Part shown: in pieces, positions 16,834 through 26,323 of the stretch
Layout of the letters: every line of letters starts with the position of its first letter
Position numbering within the stretch: position 1 is the first letter of the stretch
Assembly (NCBI GenBank): GCA_027484725.1
Contig: JAIXSK010000006.1
Span: 9,991-73,990, forward strand
Direction: 5' to 3'
Source of the DNA: Flavobacterium sp.
GTDB taxonomy: Bacteria > Bacteroidota > Bacteroidia > Flavobacteriales > Flavobacteriaceae
Length of the DNA stretch: 64,000 bases
Translations under genes and position numbers: made by a program
Notes under the pieces: model-generated
Seen by the model: the letters and a program-made list of their open reading frames with translations, nothing else
Told to the model about the DNA's origin: nothing
Databases searched by the model: none

Positions 16834-19002
16834 TTAAAACTTCGCCACAAAACCTGCATAAAAACTTCTGCCAACTGCCGGAATAATTCCCGGGCCCGGA
16901 TACTCGTCGGTGCGACGCGTAAAATAAGCTTTGTCGGTTAAGTTGTTACAACCGAATTTGAGGCTGTAGTTTTTGAGTTGTACACTCGCGCTCCAATCTA
17001 AAACGGTATACGCCGGAATATATCCTGCCACCGGGTCATCGCTTTGAATGGTATTCGAAGCATCGCCAAAAGCATCGCCTACGTGGTTGACCTGAAAAGT
17101 GGTCGAGCATTTTTCGGTAGAGAAAATCAAACCGGTGCGATTGATGATGCGCGCAGCTGCTTCAACGCGTTTGCCGTCAAACGGGCCGCTCACATAACGT
17201 GCATCGGTGTATGCATATGAATTGAACAAACTGAGTCCTGATTTGCTTTCTGGGTTCAAGTATTTGAGCAGATTGAATTCGGCATAACACTCAATACCTT
17301 TGTGCACGCTGTTGGCGATGTTTTTTCGGAGCGAATACAAATCGCCGGTTACCGCATCAGTAGCCAAAGTAACGCCAATACGGTCATTATAAGCCAAGTA
17401 AAAAACACTGATGTCCAAGTTGAGATAATTCTTGACGGTGCTTCTAAAGCCTAAATCGCTGTTGAAACCTTTGCTGTCTTTGAGGTTTGAATCAATTTTT
17501 GAAGTCACGCCAAACGGTTCGAGTTGGCTGTAATCAATGGGGCGATACGCTTGGCTAATGTTGGCGTATAGACTGGCATTACCGAGCACTTTATATTCAA
17601 TTCCGGTGCCCAAAAGCACAAAACTTCTGGCTTTGAGTTGATTGACTTTTTGAATATCGCCCTCGACTTCTTTATGGCCTTTGATGGTGTTTTTTAAATA
17701 TTCAAAACGAAGGCCCGGCGTGATCGATAAAGCATCTGAAAGTTGAAACATATTTTCTATAAAAGGCGAAAAGTTGGTGGTGGTGAAGTCTAAATCATAA
17801 CCCCAATTTCCGGTAATGCTCAAATCAAAATCACTACCCGTGGTGCCTTCGCCCCCGCCCTGACGCGTAAACCAACCATAGCTTTGACGCACACCGGCGG
17901 CCAAAGTAGATTTTTGCTTGCCGAGTTTGTAGGCTTGCGAAAAACGCACTTCGGTAGTGGTGTTGTGCATGTTTTCAATGCCGACTTCACGGGGTACAAA
18001 ATCAAGCGTAACTGGGTCAATGCCATCGGTGGCTTCAGGGCCGCCATCTTCATTGCGCCACACTAGTGAACGATTGCTGAACAAAAATGAAGTTTTGACA
18101 CTCAGGGTTGATTCTTTACTTGGGTTGTAATTGGCATAAGCAGTCACAATATTCCAAGGGCTTTTGAGCCAGTTGCGCGCGCGGGTTGAACTGCGCGGGT
18201 CGTTTTCAAACATCTTGTCGGTGAGTCCTCCGGGCATTTGCAAACGATTTCTAAGCAACGAATATTCTAAACCAACATTGAGTTTTTCTGAGGCTTTATA
18301 ATTGAGTTTACCAAAACCCGAAAGTTGCCACTGCTGGCTATTGGGACGATAACCATCCATGTTGCGGTATTGCACATAGCCGTAAAAACTGAACTTTTTG
18401 TAGTGGGCTCCGAGTGCATTGAACGAGTTGAACATGCCAAAACTGCCCAAGGTTTGTGCGGTGGTAAACTCTAAAGGCTTGTCTTTGGGCGCCTCTTTAA
18501 TGACATAATTGACCAATCCGCCAAACTGCGAACCAAACTGTAATGAAGCCGCACCGCGCACAAATTCAATGCGTGAAACGGATTCCATAGGCGGCAAATA
18601 ATACGATTCATTGTAGCCATACACATCGGCACTGATGTTGTAGCCATTTTGACGCGTGTTCATCTCAACACTTTGCGACGGATTGAGTCCGCGCGTGGCA
18701 ATTCCGTTGGCGGTAAAGCCACTGCTTTCGGTTTCAACAATGTTCAAGCCCGGGATTCTGCCCAAAATCTGACGCGTATTGTTGATGGCTTTGTTGGCAT
18801 CGAGGCTGTCGGTCATCACAACTTCAGACTTTTTTCCGGCATAAATCACGGCATTTTTGGTACCAACCAAATGACCGACACCATTGACGGTTTTGTAGCC
18901 TTTGACCGTAACTTCATCCAGTTGGGTTGCTTTTTCTTGGGCAAAAAGGGATTTAGAAATAAGAATGATGATGCAGAAAATAATTTGATGTGTATTTTTC
19001 AT
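16834..19002 (-). CDS. TonB-dependent receptor (siderophore-type)
   Basis: Signal peptide, plug domain (VTVKG..., IEFVRGAASLQFG), a long beta-barrel and a terminal aromatic residue (...GFVAKF). Confidence 0.9.
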   Translation of the reverse strand: MKNTHQIIFCIIILISKSLFAQEKATQLDEVTVKGYKTVNGVGHLVGTKNAVIYAGKKSEVVMTDSLDANKAINNTRQILGRIPGLNIVETESSGFTANGIATRGLNPSQSVEMNTRQNGYNISADVYGYNESYYLPPMESVSRIEFVRGAASLQFGSQFGGLVNYVIKEAPKDKPLEFTTAQTLGSFGMFNSFNALGAHYKKFSFYGYVQYRNMDGYRPNSQQWQLSGFGKLNYKASEKLNVGLEYSLLRNRLQMPGGLTDKMFENDPRSSTRARNWLKSPWNIVTAYANYNPSKESTLSVKTSFLFSNRSLVWRNEDGGPEATDGIDPVTLDFVPREVGIENMHNTTTEVRFSQAYKLGKQKSTLAAGVRQSYGWFTRQGGGEGTTGSDFDLSITGNWGYDLDFTTTNFSPFIENMFQLSDALSITPGLRFEYLKNTIKGHKEVEGDIQKVNQLKARSFVLLGTGIEYKVLGNASLYANISQAYRPIDYSQLEPFGVTSKIDSNLKDSKGFNSDLGFRSTVKNYLNLDISVFYLAYNDRIGVTLATDAVTGDLYSLRKNIANSVHKGIECYAEFNLLKYLNPESKSGLSLFNSYAYTDARYVSGPFDGKRVEAAARIINRTGLIFSTEKCSTTFQVNHVGDAFGDASNTIQSDDPVAGYIPAYTVLDWSASVQLKNYSLKFGCNNLTDKAYFTRRTDEYPGPGIIPAVGRSFYAGFVAKF

Positions 19003-19004
19003 GA

Positions 19005-20114
19005 TTACGGACGATAGTGATCAGTCAGGGTTTCTAAGAATTTTTTGAGTTGTTGCTCTTCGGCTTCAGTGAGTTTTAAATCGCCCAATTCATCGGTATT
19101 GACATTGGCCGGAGTTTCAGGCGTGCCCAGGTTTTCAACTTTTCGGCGGTTGTAAAAACGAATCACTTCATCAAGGGTATTGAACACACCATTATGAAAA
19201 TATGGCGCTGATACAGCAATGTTGCGCAAGGTGGGTACTTTGAATTTCCCGTTGTGTTGCGGTGCATTCACCACTGAGCCAATACCCAAATCAACATAAT
19301 TAACCCCTAGCGGATTGTGTGAAGCCGGCATGTTGTAAAACGGATTGTGAGCATTTTTAGGTACCCCAATGTTGTCATAGGTAAAATCGGTAAACAAGAC
19401 TTTTCCGGTTACTGGGTCTTCATCCAAAACGTGGCAGGCTGCGCAATTGGCCTTTCCGTTGAATAAATTAAAACCTTTAAGTTCGTCGGGCGTAAAAGCC
19501 ATCATGCCGCGCGATACATAGTCAAACTTTGAAGTAAACGAACTCACTTCAGGTGACTTTTCAAAGGCGGCAATGGCATCGGCCAGTTGATGCACGAGTT
19601 CAGTATCCGTTGCCGCGTTTCCGTAGATTTTTGAAAACTCATTAAAGTAGCTCAAGTTTCTGATTTTGGTAGCCACCGCCTGTATTGAGGTATTATTCAT
19701 TTCAACCGGATTTAACAACGGGCCTAAAACTTGTGTTTGCAAATCTGCGGCGCGTCCGTCTAAAAAAATGCCGCCCACAAAAGTTTCATCAACGCTGTTG
19801 TAGTACCGTGCTGGAGCAAAAACATTATAGGCCAAACTCGGTGCATTGCGGTTGCCAAACAAAACGGCATCAACACCCGGTGAAACCATTCTGTGCAACG
19901 GATCGCTAAAACCAGTCTCGGGCGCATGACAACTAATACAAGCCTGACCACCCGGATTTGAGAGTGAAGTTTCTGCAAATAAACGTTTGCCTAAAGCGCG
20001 CTTGGCTGCTAAAGTTTGCGGGGTAGAATCGCTTAGATCTTTGTATTCATCGGCGCAACCAACCAATAGCAACAAGCACATCAAAAGAACAGAACGAAGG
20101 AAAGCAACTTTCAT
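19005..20114 (-). CDS. Di-haem cytochrome c peroxidase (CCP/MauG family) lipoprotein
   Basis: Two CxxCH motifs (CISCH, CAACH), the PTLRN motif and a lipobox LLVGC. The stop lies 2 nt before the start of the receptor gene. Confidence 0.9.
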   Translation of the reverse strand: MKVAFLRSVLLMCLLLLVGCADEYKDLSDSTPQTLAAKRALGKRLFAETSLSNPGGQACISCHAPETGFSDPLHRMVSPGVDAVLFGNRNAPSLAYNVFAPARYYNSVDETFVGGIFLDGRAADLQTQVLGPLLNPVEMNNTSIQAVATKIRNLSYFNEFSKIYGNAATDTELVHQLADAIAAFEKSPEVSSFTSKFDYVSRGMMAFTPDELKGFNLFNGKANCAACHVLDEDPVTGKVLFTDFTYDNIGVPKNAHNPFYNMPASHNPLGVNYVDLGIGSVVNAPQHNGKFKVPTLRNIAVSAPYFHNGVFNTLDEVIRFYNRRKVENLGTPETPANVNTDELGDLKLTEAEEQQLKKFLETLTDHYRP

Positions 20115-20216
20115 CTATTTAGAATAAATTAAAATAACGCCGCAAATGTATGAGCAGCCTTTGATTTAACAAAATTATTTAGATTAATTTCAAATAAAGT
20201 TATCAACACCTTTATT

Positions 20217-20260
20217 GCTGAGCTGCTGAGCATCTGAGAGACTGAGCACCTGAGAGACTG

Positions 20261-20265
<5 letters not shown>
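20217..20265. repeat. CTGAG-rich intergenic repeat (family B)
   Basis: GCTGAGCTGCTGAGCATCTGAGAGACTGAGCACCTGAGAGACTGAGAAG. Confidence 0.6.
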
Positions 20266-20299
<34 letters not shown>

Positions 20300-20375
20300 T
20301 CCTACAAACAACGTAATTTTTAGAATTAATACCCATGATTCCTTCAGATAAATGTCACAAATATAAAGCCCTAAG

Positions 20376-20494
20376 GGCGCCGTCTAAAGGCGTTAGCCGT
20401 GTCCTAAAGCGAAGCCGGTCTTAAGGCGTTAGCCGTATCCTACAGCGAAGCGGTCTTAAAGCGAAGCGGTCCAAAGGCGTTAGCCGTGTCCTAA
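20376..20494. repeat. Intergenic repeat family A, about 3.5 tandem units
   Basis: GGCGTTAGCCGTGTCCTAAAGCGAAGCCGGTCTTAA / GGCGTTAGCCGTATCCTACAGCGAAGCGGTCTTAAAGCGAAGCGGTCCAAA / GGCGTTAGCCGTGTCCTAAAA. Confidence 0.7.
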
Positions 20495-20527
20495 AATCAC
20501 TATATTTACCCCACTAAAGCACACTTT

Positions 20528-21154
20528 ATGAATTCAACTGTACATGCGCTTTTTCCGGGTTTTTCAAAAGATTTACTCGAAGAAATGGAACACGAAGCTG
20601 TTTTTCAAACCGTTGAAAGCGGCACCATCATGATGCGTACCGGACAATACATCAAAAGCACGGTTTTGGTTTTGGCCGGTCAGATCAAAATATACCGACA
20701 AGACGACGACGGCGGTGAGTTTTTTATGTATTATTTACAACCCGGACAGGCTTGCGCTATTTCAATGATATGTGCCACGCGCAACCAGAAAAGCCAAATC
20801 ATGGCCAAGGTAACTGAAGATGCCGAACTCATGATGATTCCGTTGCCACTCATGGACCAATGGATGATGAAGCACCGCAGTTGGTATGAATTTGTGATTG
20901 AAACCTACCGCAGCCGTTTTGAAGAAGTTTTAGAAGTGATTGACAGCATTGCCTTTCGCGCCATGGATGAACGTTTGGAGTTTTATCTGAACCGTCACCG
21001 CGAAGCCTGCGGATGCAACGAACTCAAACTTTCGCATCAAGAAATTGCCAATGATTTGAGCACTTCGCGCGAGGTAATTTCAAGATTGCTCAAAAAAATG
21101 GAACAACGCGGATGGGTTAAACTACACCGCAACCAAATTGAACTGATCAAGTAG
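20528..21154 (+). CDS. Crp/Fnr family transcriptional regulator
   Basis: cNMP-binding-like barrel plus C-terminal HTH (SHQEIANDLSTSREVISRLLKKMEQRGWV). It has four Cys, including a CGC pair. Confidence 0.9.
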   Translation: MNSTVHALFPGFSKDLLEEMEHEAVFQTVESGTIMMRTGQYIKSTVLVLAGQIKIYRQDDDGGEFFMYYLQPGQACAISMICATRNQKSQIMAKVTEDAELMMIPLPLMDQWMMKHRSWYEFVIETYRSRFEEVLEVIDSIAFRAMDERLEFYLNRHREACGCNELKLSHQEIANDLSTSREVISRLLKKMEQRGWVKLHRNQIELIK

Positions 21155-21157
21155 CCT

Positions 21158-21202
21158 CGTGACAAAAGTTACAGTACACATCTGGCCAACCCTGCATATT
21201 TG
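21158..21202 (+). promoter_or_regulatory. tauE promoter: CRP-type box CGTGAcaaaagTTACA (21158-21173) plus -7-like box CATATTTG (21195-21202)
   Basis: The box centre is 36.5 nt from the terminal G of the -7 box. The geometry is identical at 26368-26412 and 35061-35105. Confidence 0.55.
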
Positions 21203-21217
21203 CAAACAAAAAACCTT

Positions 21218-22003
21218 ATGGAAATTATAGGTTATATAGCATCGATACTCATTGGCGTTAGCCTTGGGCTCATTGGCGGCGGCGGAAGCATTTTGACTGT
21301 GCCTATCTTGGTCTATTTGTTTGGTATCGGAGCTGAACATGCCACAAGCTATTCATTGTTTATTGTAGGCATTACAGCCATGACCGGGGCGTATCGTCAT
21401 TACAAACTGGGCAATTTAGAAATCAAATCGGGGGTGGCCTTTGCGGTGCCGTCTGTATTGAGTTTATTATTGGTGCGCAAATTTTTATTGCCGGCTTTAC
21501 CCGAAGTTTTGTTTACAGTTGGCCCTACCGTAATCACCAAAAATGCTTTGATTATGGTGGTCTTTGCGCTGCTGATGTTGGCCGCTTCTGTAGCCATGAT
21601 CAGACCTTCGGCAGAACCAACACAAGACAGCAGCCCGAAATATAAATCACTGGCCATCATGGGTTTTCTGATTGGATTAATCATCGGGTTTTTAGGAGCC
21701 GGCGGCGGATTTTTAATCATTCCTGCCCTACTCTTTTTTGCCGGTATTCCGATGAAACAAGCCGTGGGAACTTCTTTGCTGATCATCAGCATCAACTCGG
21801 CCATTGGTTTTGCCGGAGATGCCCTAAGCGGCGCACCCATCAACTATACGCTTTTACTCACCATCAGCGGCATTGCTATTGTCGGTATGCTCATCGGCAC
21901 CCAACTTTCAAAAAAAATCAACGGAGCGCAACTCAAACCTGCTTTTGGGTGGTTTGTGCTATTGATGGGCGTTTATATTTTGTTGAAAGAAGTGGTTTTC
22001 TAA
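21218..22003 (+). CDS. Sulfite exporter TauE/SafE family membrane protein
   Basis: Polytopic membrane protein with the paired Gly-rich motifs LIGGGGSILTVP and LGAGGGFLIIP. ATG at 21218 is preferred over the TTG at 21200. Confidence 0.88.
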   Translation: MEIIGYIASILIGVSLGLIGGGGSILTVPILVYLFGIGAEHATSYSLFIVGITAMTGAYRHYKLGNLEIKSGVAFAVPSVLSLLLVRKFLLPALPEVLFTVGPTVITKNALIMVVFALLMLAASVAMIRPSAEPTQDSSPKYKSLAIMGFLIGLIIGFLGAGGGFLIIPALLFFAGIPMKQAVGTSLLIISINSAIGFAGDALSGAPINYTLLLTISGIAIVGMLIGTQLSKKINGAQLKPAFGWFVLLMGVYILLKEVVF

Positions 22004-22040
22004 GTGCCTGATTTGCTGAGCGCCTGAGATGCTGTGGTGG
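22004..22040. repeat. CTGAG-rich intergenic repeat (family B)
   Basis: GTGCCTGATTTGCTGAGCGCCTGAGATGCTG. Confidence 0.5.
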
Positions 22041-22043
22041 TAT

Positions 22044-22385
22044 TTAGTAGGTTTCTATTTCAATGAGTCCAAACTCGGCAGCAACACCGTAGTTTTTCAT
22101 GGCTTCTGTGGCCTGAATAATTTTGAGGGATTTGATGGCTGATTTTTTCAAGTGCAAACCGTCATAATCTCGGATGCAATAATGAAACACTATTTGATGA
22201 TCAATAACTACCATAGGCCGATCGCCCAATTTATGTGTATTTTGATTTTCTCTGATGATTTCAAGCAAATACAACCTGTCTTGGTTGGCATCTTCTAAGG
22301 CATAAATACGCTCCATTTTGGCAGCGCCCGTTTTGCAAGCACTGATTATTAAAAGTAAGAGCAAGAATGAGATGCGCTTCATCAA
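22044..22385 (-). CDS. Small lipoprotein, function unknown
   Basis: Signal peptide with lipobox (LLIISAC). It lies 24 nt downstream of the duplicated T9SS genes on the same strand. Confidence 0.6.
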   Translation of the reverse strand: MMKRISFLLLLLIISACKTGAAKMERIYALEDANQDRLYLLEIIRENQNTHKLGDRPMVVIDHQIVFHYCIRDYDGLHLKKSAIKSLKIIQATEAMKNYGVAAEFGLIEIETY

Positions 22386-22409
22386 GGTTGTGTTTTTTCA
22401 AAATATTAA

Positions 22410-24140
22410 TTACCGCTTCATCACCTTCACCGTACGAACCGCCTGTCCATCATTTAATTTCAAAACATAAGTGCCCGCGGCAAAACCTGACAAATCAATA
22501 GTAGGTTGTATGGAGTCGATAGCACCTTGTTGTATGAGGCCACCTTTAAGGTCATACAACTCATACGTCAAATGGTTGGTGGTTTCTATTTTCAAGATGC
22601 CCGTGGTTGGGTTCGGATAATAAGTCAAGTTATCAAATTCAGATGTTTGGGTTGACAAAGGGGAACAAACTTGCGTAGCATACTTGGCCACAAAAAAATC
22701 AGACGGGCCGCCTACGTTTGTGATTTGAGCCCCACCATCAAAAGTAAGGGTGCCGCTAAAGTTTCCACCTACTATATAATCACCCGAGGCATCTACTGCT
22801 ATCGAGCAACCGTAGTCCTCATAACCTACATTGCCCGGTATTTTTTTTAAACTCAAACAAGCACCTGTGTTTTTATCAAAACGTGCAAAGAGTACATCAT
22901 TGCCTTGGTTTTCACCGGTTGCATTCAAGGTTTGATTGCCCCAGGTAAAGTCTGTGCCTCCGCAAAAATCTGTAAAGGCTACTTCGTTTCCATTCAATGC
23001 CAAAGCTCCAAAACCGTATGCTCCTCTGTTATTATAATTCCCCCAAATAGTTGTAGTGGCCATTTCGTCTATTTTCATCACAAAACCGGGTATCATAAAA
23101 CCAGGTACAGAGAAACCCATAAAAGAATCGCTCCCAGCAAAAAATCGACCACCGGTGTAGATATTGTTTTCACTATCAAATAATAAATCATACAGCTGAA
23201 TTGTTCCTCCCATCGTTGATGTATTTTCTCTTTTCCACAAAGCCTGTCCATTCGGGGCAAAACAGCCCACAAACATCGAGTGCGTCACGGGTTCTGTACC
23301 AACTATGGCCCATGTAGCGTTTGCATCCCCCAATGAACGACCGAAAACAAACAAATTTTGATTGTAAGGATTTCTGTATAATCTCATACGCCCAACAGTA
23401 GTAGGGGTTTGCAAATCCAAAACTATATCACTTAAAAAAACACCTGAACTGTTATATTTCAGTACATGCCATGGCTTGATAGCATCATTGACTGTAAAAG
23501 CACCACCTGCATATGTCCCGGGCTTAGTTAAAGCTACCAACCAATACAAACTTCCATTCTCATCAATCTGCAAGCCTTTGGCCAAGCCTTTGTTAAAAAA
23601 AGTTTGATTATTGGGTTCTGGTTTTTTATACCATTGTAAAATACCATCATTGTTGAATTTCATGATGACTAATGTACTGTAATCCGTTGGGTCGGTTGAC
23701 ATTGTTACATCATCGTCAATGTGCTGTGGTGCCGTCAAATCTGAATAGCTACCATATTTCCCTGCCAAATATATGTTGTCTTGGCTGTCAATAACCAAAT
23801 TAACAAAGTCTTCTCGACCAGCACTTCCAATAATCTTTGACCATCGAAAGCTACCATCACAGCTGAATGATACTAAAGCTATATCAAAATTTGTACTACT
23901 GGGTTCATAGTTTTCATCTGGATGCCCGTCAAAATCTATGTTTGGACTACCCACAACACTCAGTAAATAAATATTTTTTTGACTATCGGTTACAATACTG
24001 TAAGCTTCTTCTTGTCTACCACCTGAACCGGATGAGTTAATATTACCCATACTCCCCCCGCGTTTGCCCCACTGCCAAGTTTGGGCGTGGGTGGTTGAGA
24101 TACAAAATAATAAAAGCAAATAGGCGTGTAGTTTTTTCAT
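22410..24140 (-). CDS. SBBP-repeat beta-propeller protein with T9SS sorting domain (tandem paralog 1)
   Basis: Signal peptide; repeated D..(F/L)(V/A)(K/R)(F/Y)...G...W motifs (IALVSFSCDGSFRW, VLFARFDKNTG, DFFVAKYAT); C-terminal YPNPTTGILKIET...GTYVLKL. It is 576 aa, collinear with 24374..26104. Confidence 0.85.
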   Translation of the reverse strand: MKKLHAYLLLLFCISTTHAQTWQWGKRGGSMGNINSSGSGGRQEEAYSIVTDSQKNIYLLSVVGSPNIDFDGHPDENYEPSSTNFDIALVSFSCDGSFRWSKIIGSAGREDFVNLVIDSQDNIYLAGKYGSYSDLTAPQHIDDDVTMSTDPTDYSTLVIMKFNNDGILQWYKKPEPNNQTFFNKGLAKGLQIDENGSLYWLVALTKPGTYAGGAFTVNDAIKPWHVLKYNSSGVFLSDIVLDLQTPTTVGRMRLYRNPYNQNLFVFGRSLGDANATWAIVGTEPVTHSMFVGCFAPNGQALWKRENTSTMGGTIQLYDLLFDSENNIYTGGRFFAGSDSFMGFSVPGFMIPGFVMKIDEMATTTIWGNYNNRGAYGFGALALNGNEVAFTDFCGGTDFTWGNQTLNATGENQGNDVLFARFDKNTGACLSLKKIPGNVGYEDYGCSIAVDASGDYIVGGNFSGTLTFDGGAQITNVGGPSDFFVAKYATQVCSPLSTQTSEFDNLTYYPNPTTGILKIETTNHLTYELYDLKGGLIQQGAIDSIQPTIDLSGFAAGTYVLKLNDGQAVRTVKVMKR

Positions 24141-24216
24141 GGCTTGTTTTTTTCAAATATAAAAAGAAAACTACTTGACAGATTGATGGTTGGTGAGAAT
24201 TTTATACGACCATCCT

Positions 24217-24333
24217 GTCATGCTGAGCAGCGAAGCATCTCTCACCCTGATGTCATGCTGAGGTACGAAGCATCTCACTTATGAAGCGCTGGTTTTTAAT
24301 AAGATTCCTCCGCACGTCGGAATGACAAAAAAA
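24217..24333. repeat. Intergenic repeat family C (GTCATGCTGAG..CGAAGCATCTC ... CGTCGGAATGACAAAAAA)
   Basis: Two GTCATGCTGAG-CGAAGCATCTC units are followed by ATTCCTCCGCACGTCGGAATGAC. A copy lies at 26182-26282. Confidence 0.7.
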
Positions 24334-24373
24334 GCGGAATTAAGAAGAGGGCTGGAATAACATAGCAGCAGCA

Positions 24374-26104
24374 TCACCGCTTCATCACCTTCACCTTACG
24401 AACCGCCTGTTCATCATTTAATTTCAAAACATAAGTGCCCGCTGCAAAACCAGACAAATCAATAGTAGGTTGTAGGGCATCGATGGCACCTTGACCTACT
24501 AGGCCACCTTTAAGGTCATACAACTCATACGTCAAATGGTTGGTGGTTTCTATTTTCAATATGCCCGTGGTTGGGTTCGGAAAATAAGTCAAGTTATCAA
24601 ATTCAGGGTTTTCGGTTGACAAAGGCGAGCAGACCTGCGTGGCAAACTTGGCCACAAAAAAATCTGATTGCCCGCCAATATTGGTAATTTGAGCACCACC
24701 GTTAAAAGTAAGCGTGCCACTAAAGTTACCACCCAAAATGTAATCGCCTGAGGCGTCTACGGCCAGAGCACAACCATAGTCTTCATAACCTACATTACCT
24801 GGTATTTTATGCAAACTCAAACAAGATCCTGTGTTTTTATCAAAACGCGCAAAGAGCACATCACTACCTTGATTACTTGCAGGCGCATTCAAGGTTTGAC
24901 TACCCCAAGCAAAATTAGTCCCGTTACAATAGTCTGTAAAAGCAATTTCATTATTTTTCATCACCAAAGCACCTTTACCATAGGCCCCTCGGTTATGATA
25001 AGTACTCCATATCGCACTGGTAGCCATATCGTCAATTTTCATGATAAAAGCCGGAATAATGACACCCGGAACGGTTAAACCCATAAAATTGTCGCTGCTT
25101 AGTCCAAAAAATCTGCCTCCTAAATAGACGCTGTTATCAGTATCAAACAATATATTGTAGAGTTGAATTGTGCCTATTGTATTACTTGTGTTTTCTCTTT
25201 TCCAAAGGGCTTGTCCGGCAGGGTCAAAACAAGCCAAAAACATCGAATGGGTTACAGTTTCTGTACCAACTGTGGCCCAAACAGAGCCATCATCATTCAA
25301 AGCTCTGGCAGACACAAAAAAACGCTGGTTGTTTGGGTTTCTATAAAACTGAACAGTATCAAAGGTTGTGGGGGTTTGTAAATCCAAAACCGTGTCACTT
25401 ACAAAAGTACCCGAACTATTGTATTTTAAAACATGCCAAGGTTTGGTAACATCGGTAATAATCAAAGCACCATTAGCATAGGTACCGGGTCTTCCTAAAT
25501 AAACCAACCAATAAATATTACCCGCAGCATCAATTTCAAAATTCTTGGACAAAGAACTTAACTGAATAATGTTGGGCTCAGGTCTTTGATACCATTGCAA
25601 CTGCCCCAACGAATTATATTTCATTACCACCAATCTGCGATAATCAGAGGGGTTATCGGCAATCGTAACATCATCGTCTATATGTAAGGGACCTGTATTA
25701 ATAGTTGCTGTGTTGCCAAAAGAACCGGCCATATAGATATTGTCTTGTGAATCAATTTGAAGATTAAAAAAATCTTCTTGACCACTGCCCCCGATAATTT
25801 TTGACCATCTAAACGTACCATCACAAGAAAATGAAACCAAAGCAATATCAACATTGGCTGGATTGTTTGTCTCATAAATAGTATCTGCCACCCCATCAAA
25901 ATTTAAATCCGAACCACCTACAAAACTCAACATATAAATGTTTTTTTGACTATCGGTAACTATGCTGTATGCTTCTTCTTGTCTAATTTGGCTGTCTATG
26001 GGGATATCATCTGTACTTCCACCGCGTTTACCCCATTGCCAAGTTTGGGCATGGATGGTTGAGATACAAAAGATGAAGAATAAATAGGCGTGTAGTTTTT
26101 TCAT
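24374..26104 (-). CDS. SBBP-repeat beta-propeller protein with T9SS sorting domain (tandem paralog 2)
   Basis: The architecture matches 22410..24140. The N-terminal leader and the C-terminal ~120 aa are nearly identical; the centre has diverged. Confidence 0.85.
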   Translation of the reverse strand: MKKLHAYLFFIFCISTIHAQTWQWGKRGGSTDDIPIDSQIRQEEAYSIVTDSQKNIYMLSFVGGSDLNFDGVADTIYETNNPANVDIALVSFSCDGTFRWSKIIGGSGQEDFFNLQIDSQDNIYMAGSFGNTATINTGPLHIDDDVTIADNPSDYRRLVVMKYNSLGQLQWYQRPEPNIIQLSSLSKNFEIDAAGNIYWLVYLGRPGTYANGALIITDVTKPWHVLKYNSSGTFVSDTVLDLQTPTTFDTVQFYRNPNNQRFFVSARALNDDGSVWATVGTETVTHSMFLACFDPAGQALWKRENTSNTIGTIQLYNILFDTDNSVYLGGRFFGLSSDNFMGLTVPGVIIPAFIMKIDDMATSAIWSTYHNRGAYGKGALVMKNNEIAFTDYCNGTNFAWGSQTLNAPASNQGSDVLFARFDKNTGSCLSLHKIPGNVGYEDYGCALAVDASGDYILGGNFSGTLTFNGGAQITNIGGQSDFFVAKFATQVCSPLSTENPEFDNLTYFPNPTTGILKIETTNHLTYELYDLKGGLVGQGAIDALQPTIDLSGFAAGTYVLKLNDEQAVRKVKVMKR

Positions 26105-26181
26105 GGCTTGTTTTTTTCAAATATAAAAAGAAAACTACTTGACAGATGGATGGTTGGTGATAATTTTATACTACCATCGAT

Positions 26182-26282
26182 GTCATGCTGAGGCACGAAG
26201 CATCTCAATTATGAAGCACTGGTTTTATCATGAGATTCCTCCTTGCGTCGGAATGACAAAAAAGACGAAATGACAAAAAAAG
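26182..26282. repeat. Intergenic repeat family C
   Basis: GTCATGCTGAGGCACGAAGCATCTC...ATTCCTCCTTGCGTCGGAATGACAAAAAAGACGAAATGACAAAAAAA. Confidence 0.7.
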
Positions 26283-26323
26283 GGGAATGACAATAGAGTC
26301 AATTTATACAACCACCCTTTCAT

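Larger units (their letters stand above)
22410..26104 (-). repeat. Tandem segmental duplication, period 1964 bp (gene plus upstream region)
   Basis: The two 576-aa ORFs have the same length. Their upstream 70-80 nt are near-identical (TCATGGCTTGTTTTTTTCAAATATAAAAAGAAAACTACTTGACAGAT.GATGGTTGGTGA), at 24138-24210 and 26102-26170. Confidence 0.9.

Noticed and set aside
20161-20207. TTGAT ... ATCAA was considered as a possible FNR box in the ccp/crp intergenic region.
   Set aside because: The half-sites are about 37 nt apart, not the 4 nt of TTGAT-N4-ATCAA.
21400-21843. A 147-aa ORF antisense to tauE, and similar long antisense ORFs: 9596..9982, 36203..36643, 38636..38995, 59983..60339, 43858..44202, 32381..32758 and 30033..30371.
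   Set aside because: Each lies entirely within a well-supported gene on the opposite strand and has low-complexity or atypical composition with no recognisable motifs. They are typical shadow ORFs.
22410-26104. The duplicated SBBP genes were considered as a diversity-generating retroelement (template/variable repeat) target.
   Set aside because: No reverse transcriptase or accessory gene is nearby. Differences are spread over the whole central region and are not confined to adenine positions of a short repeat.
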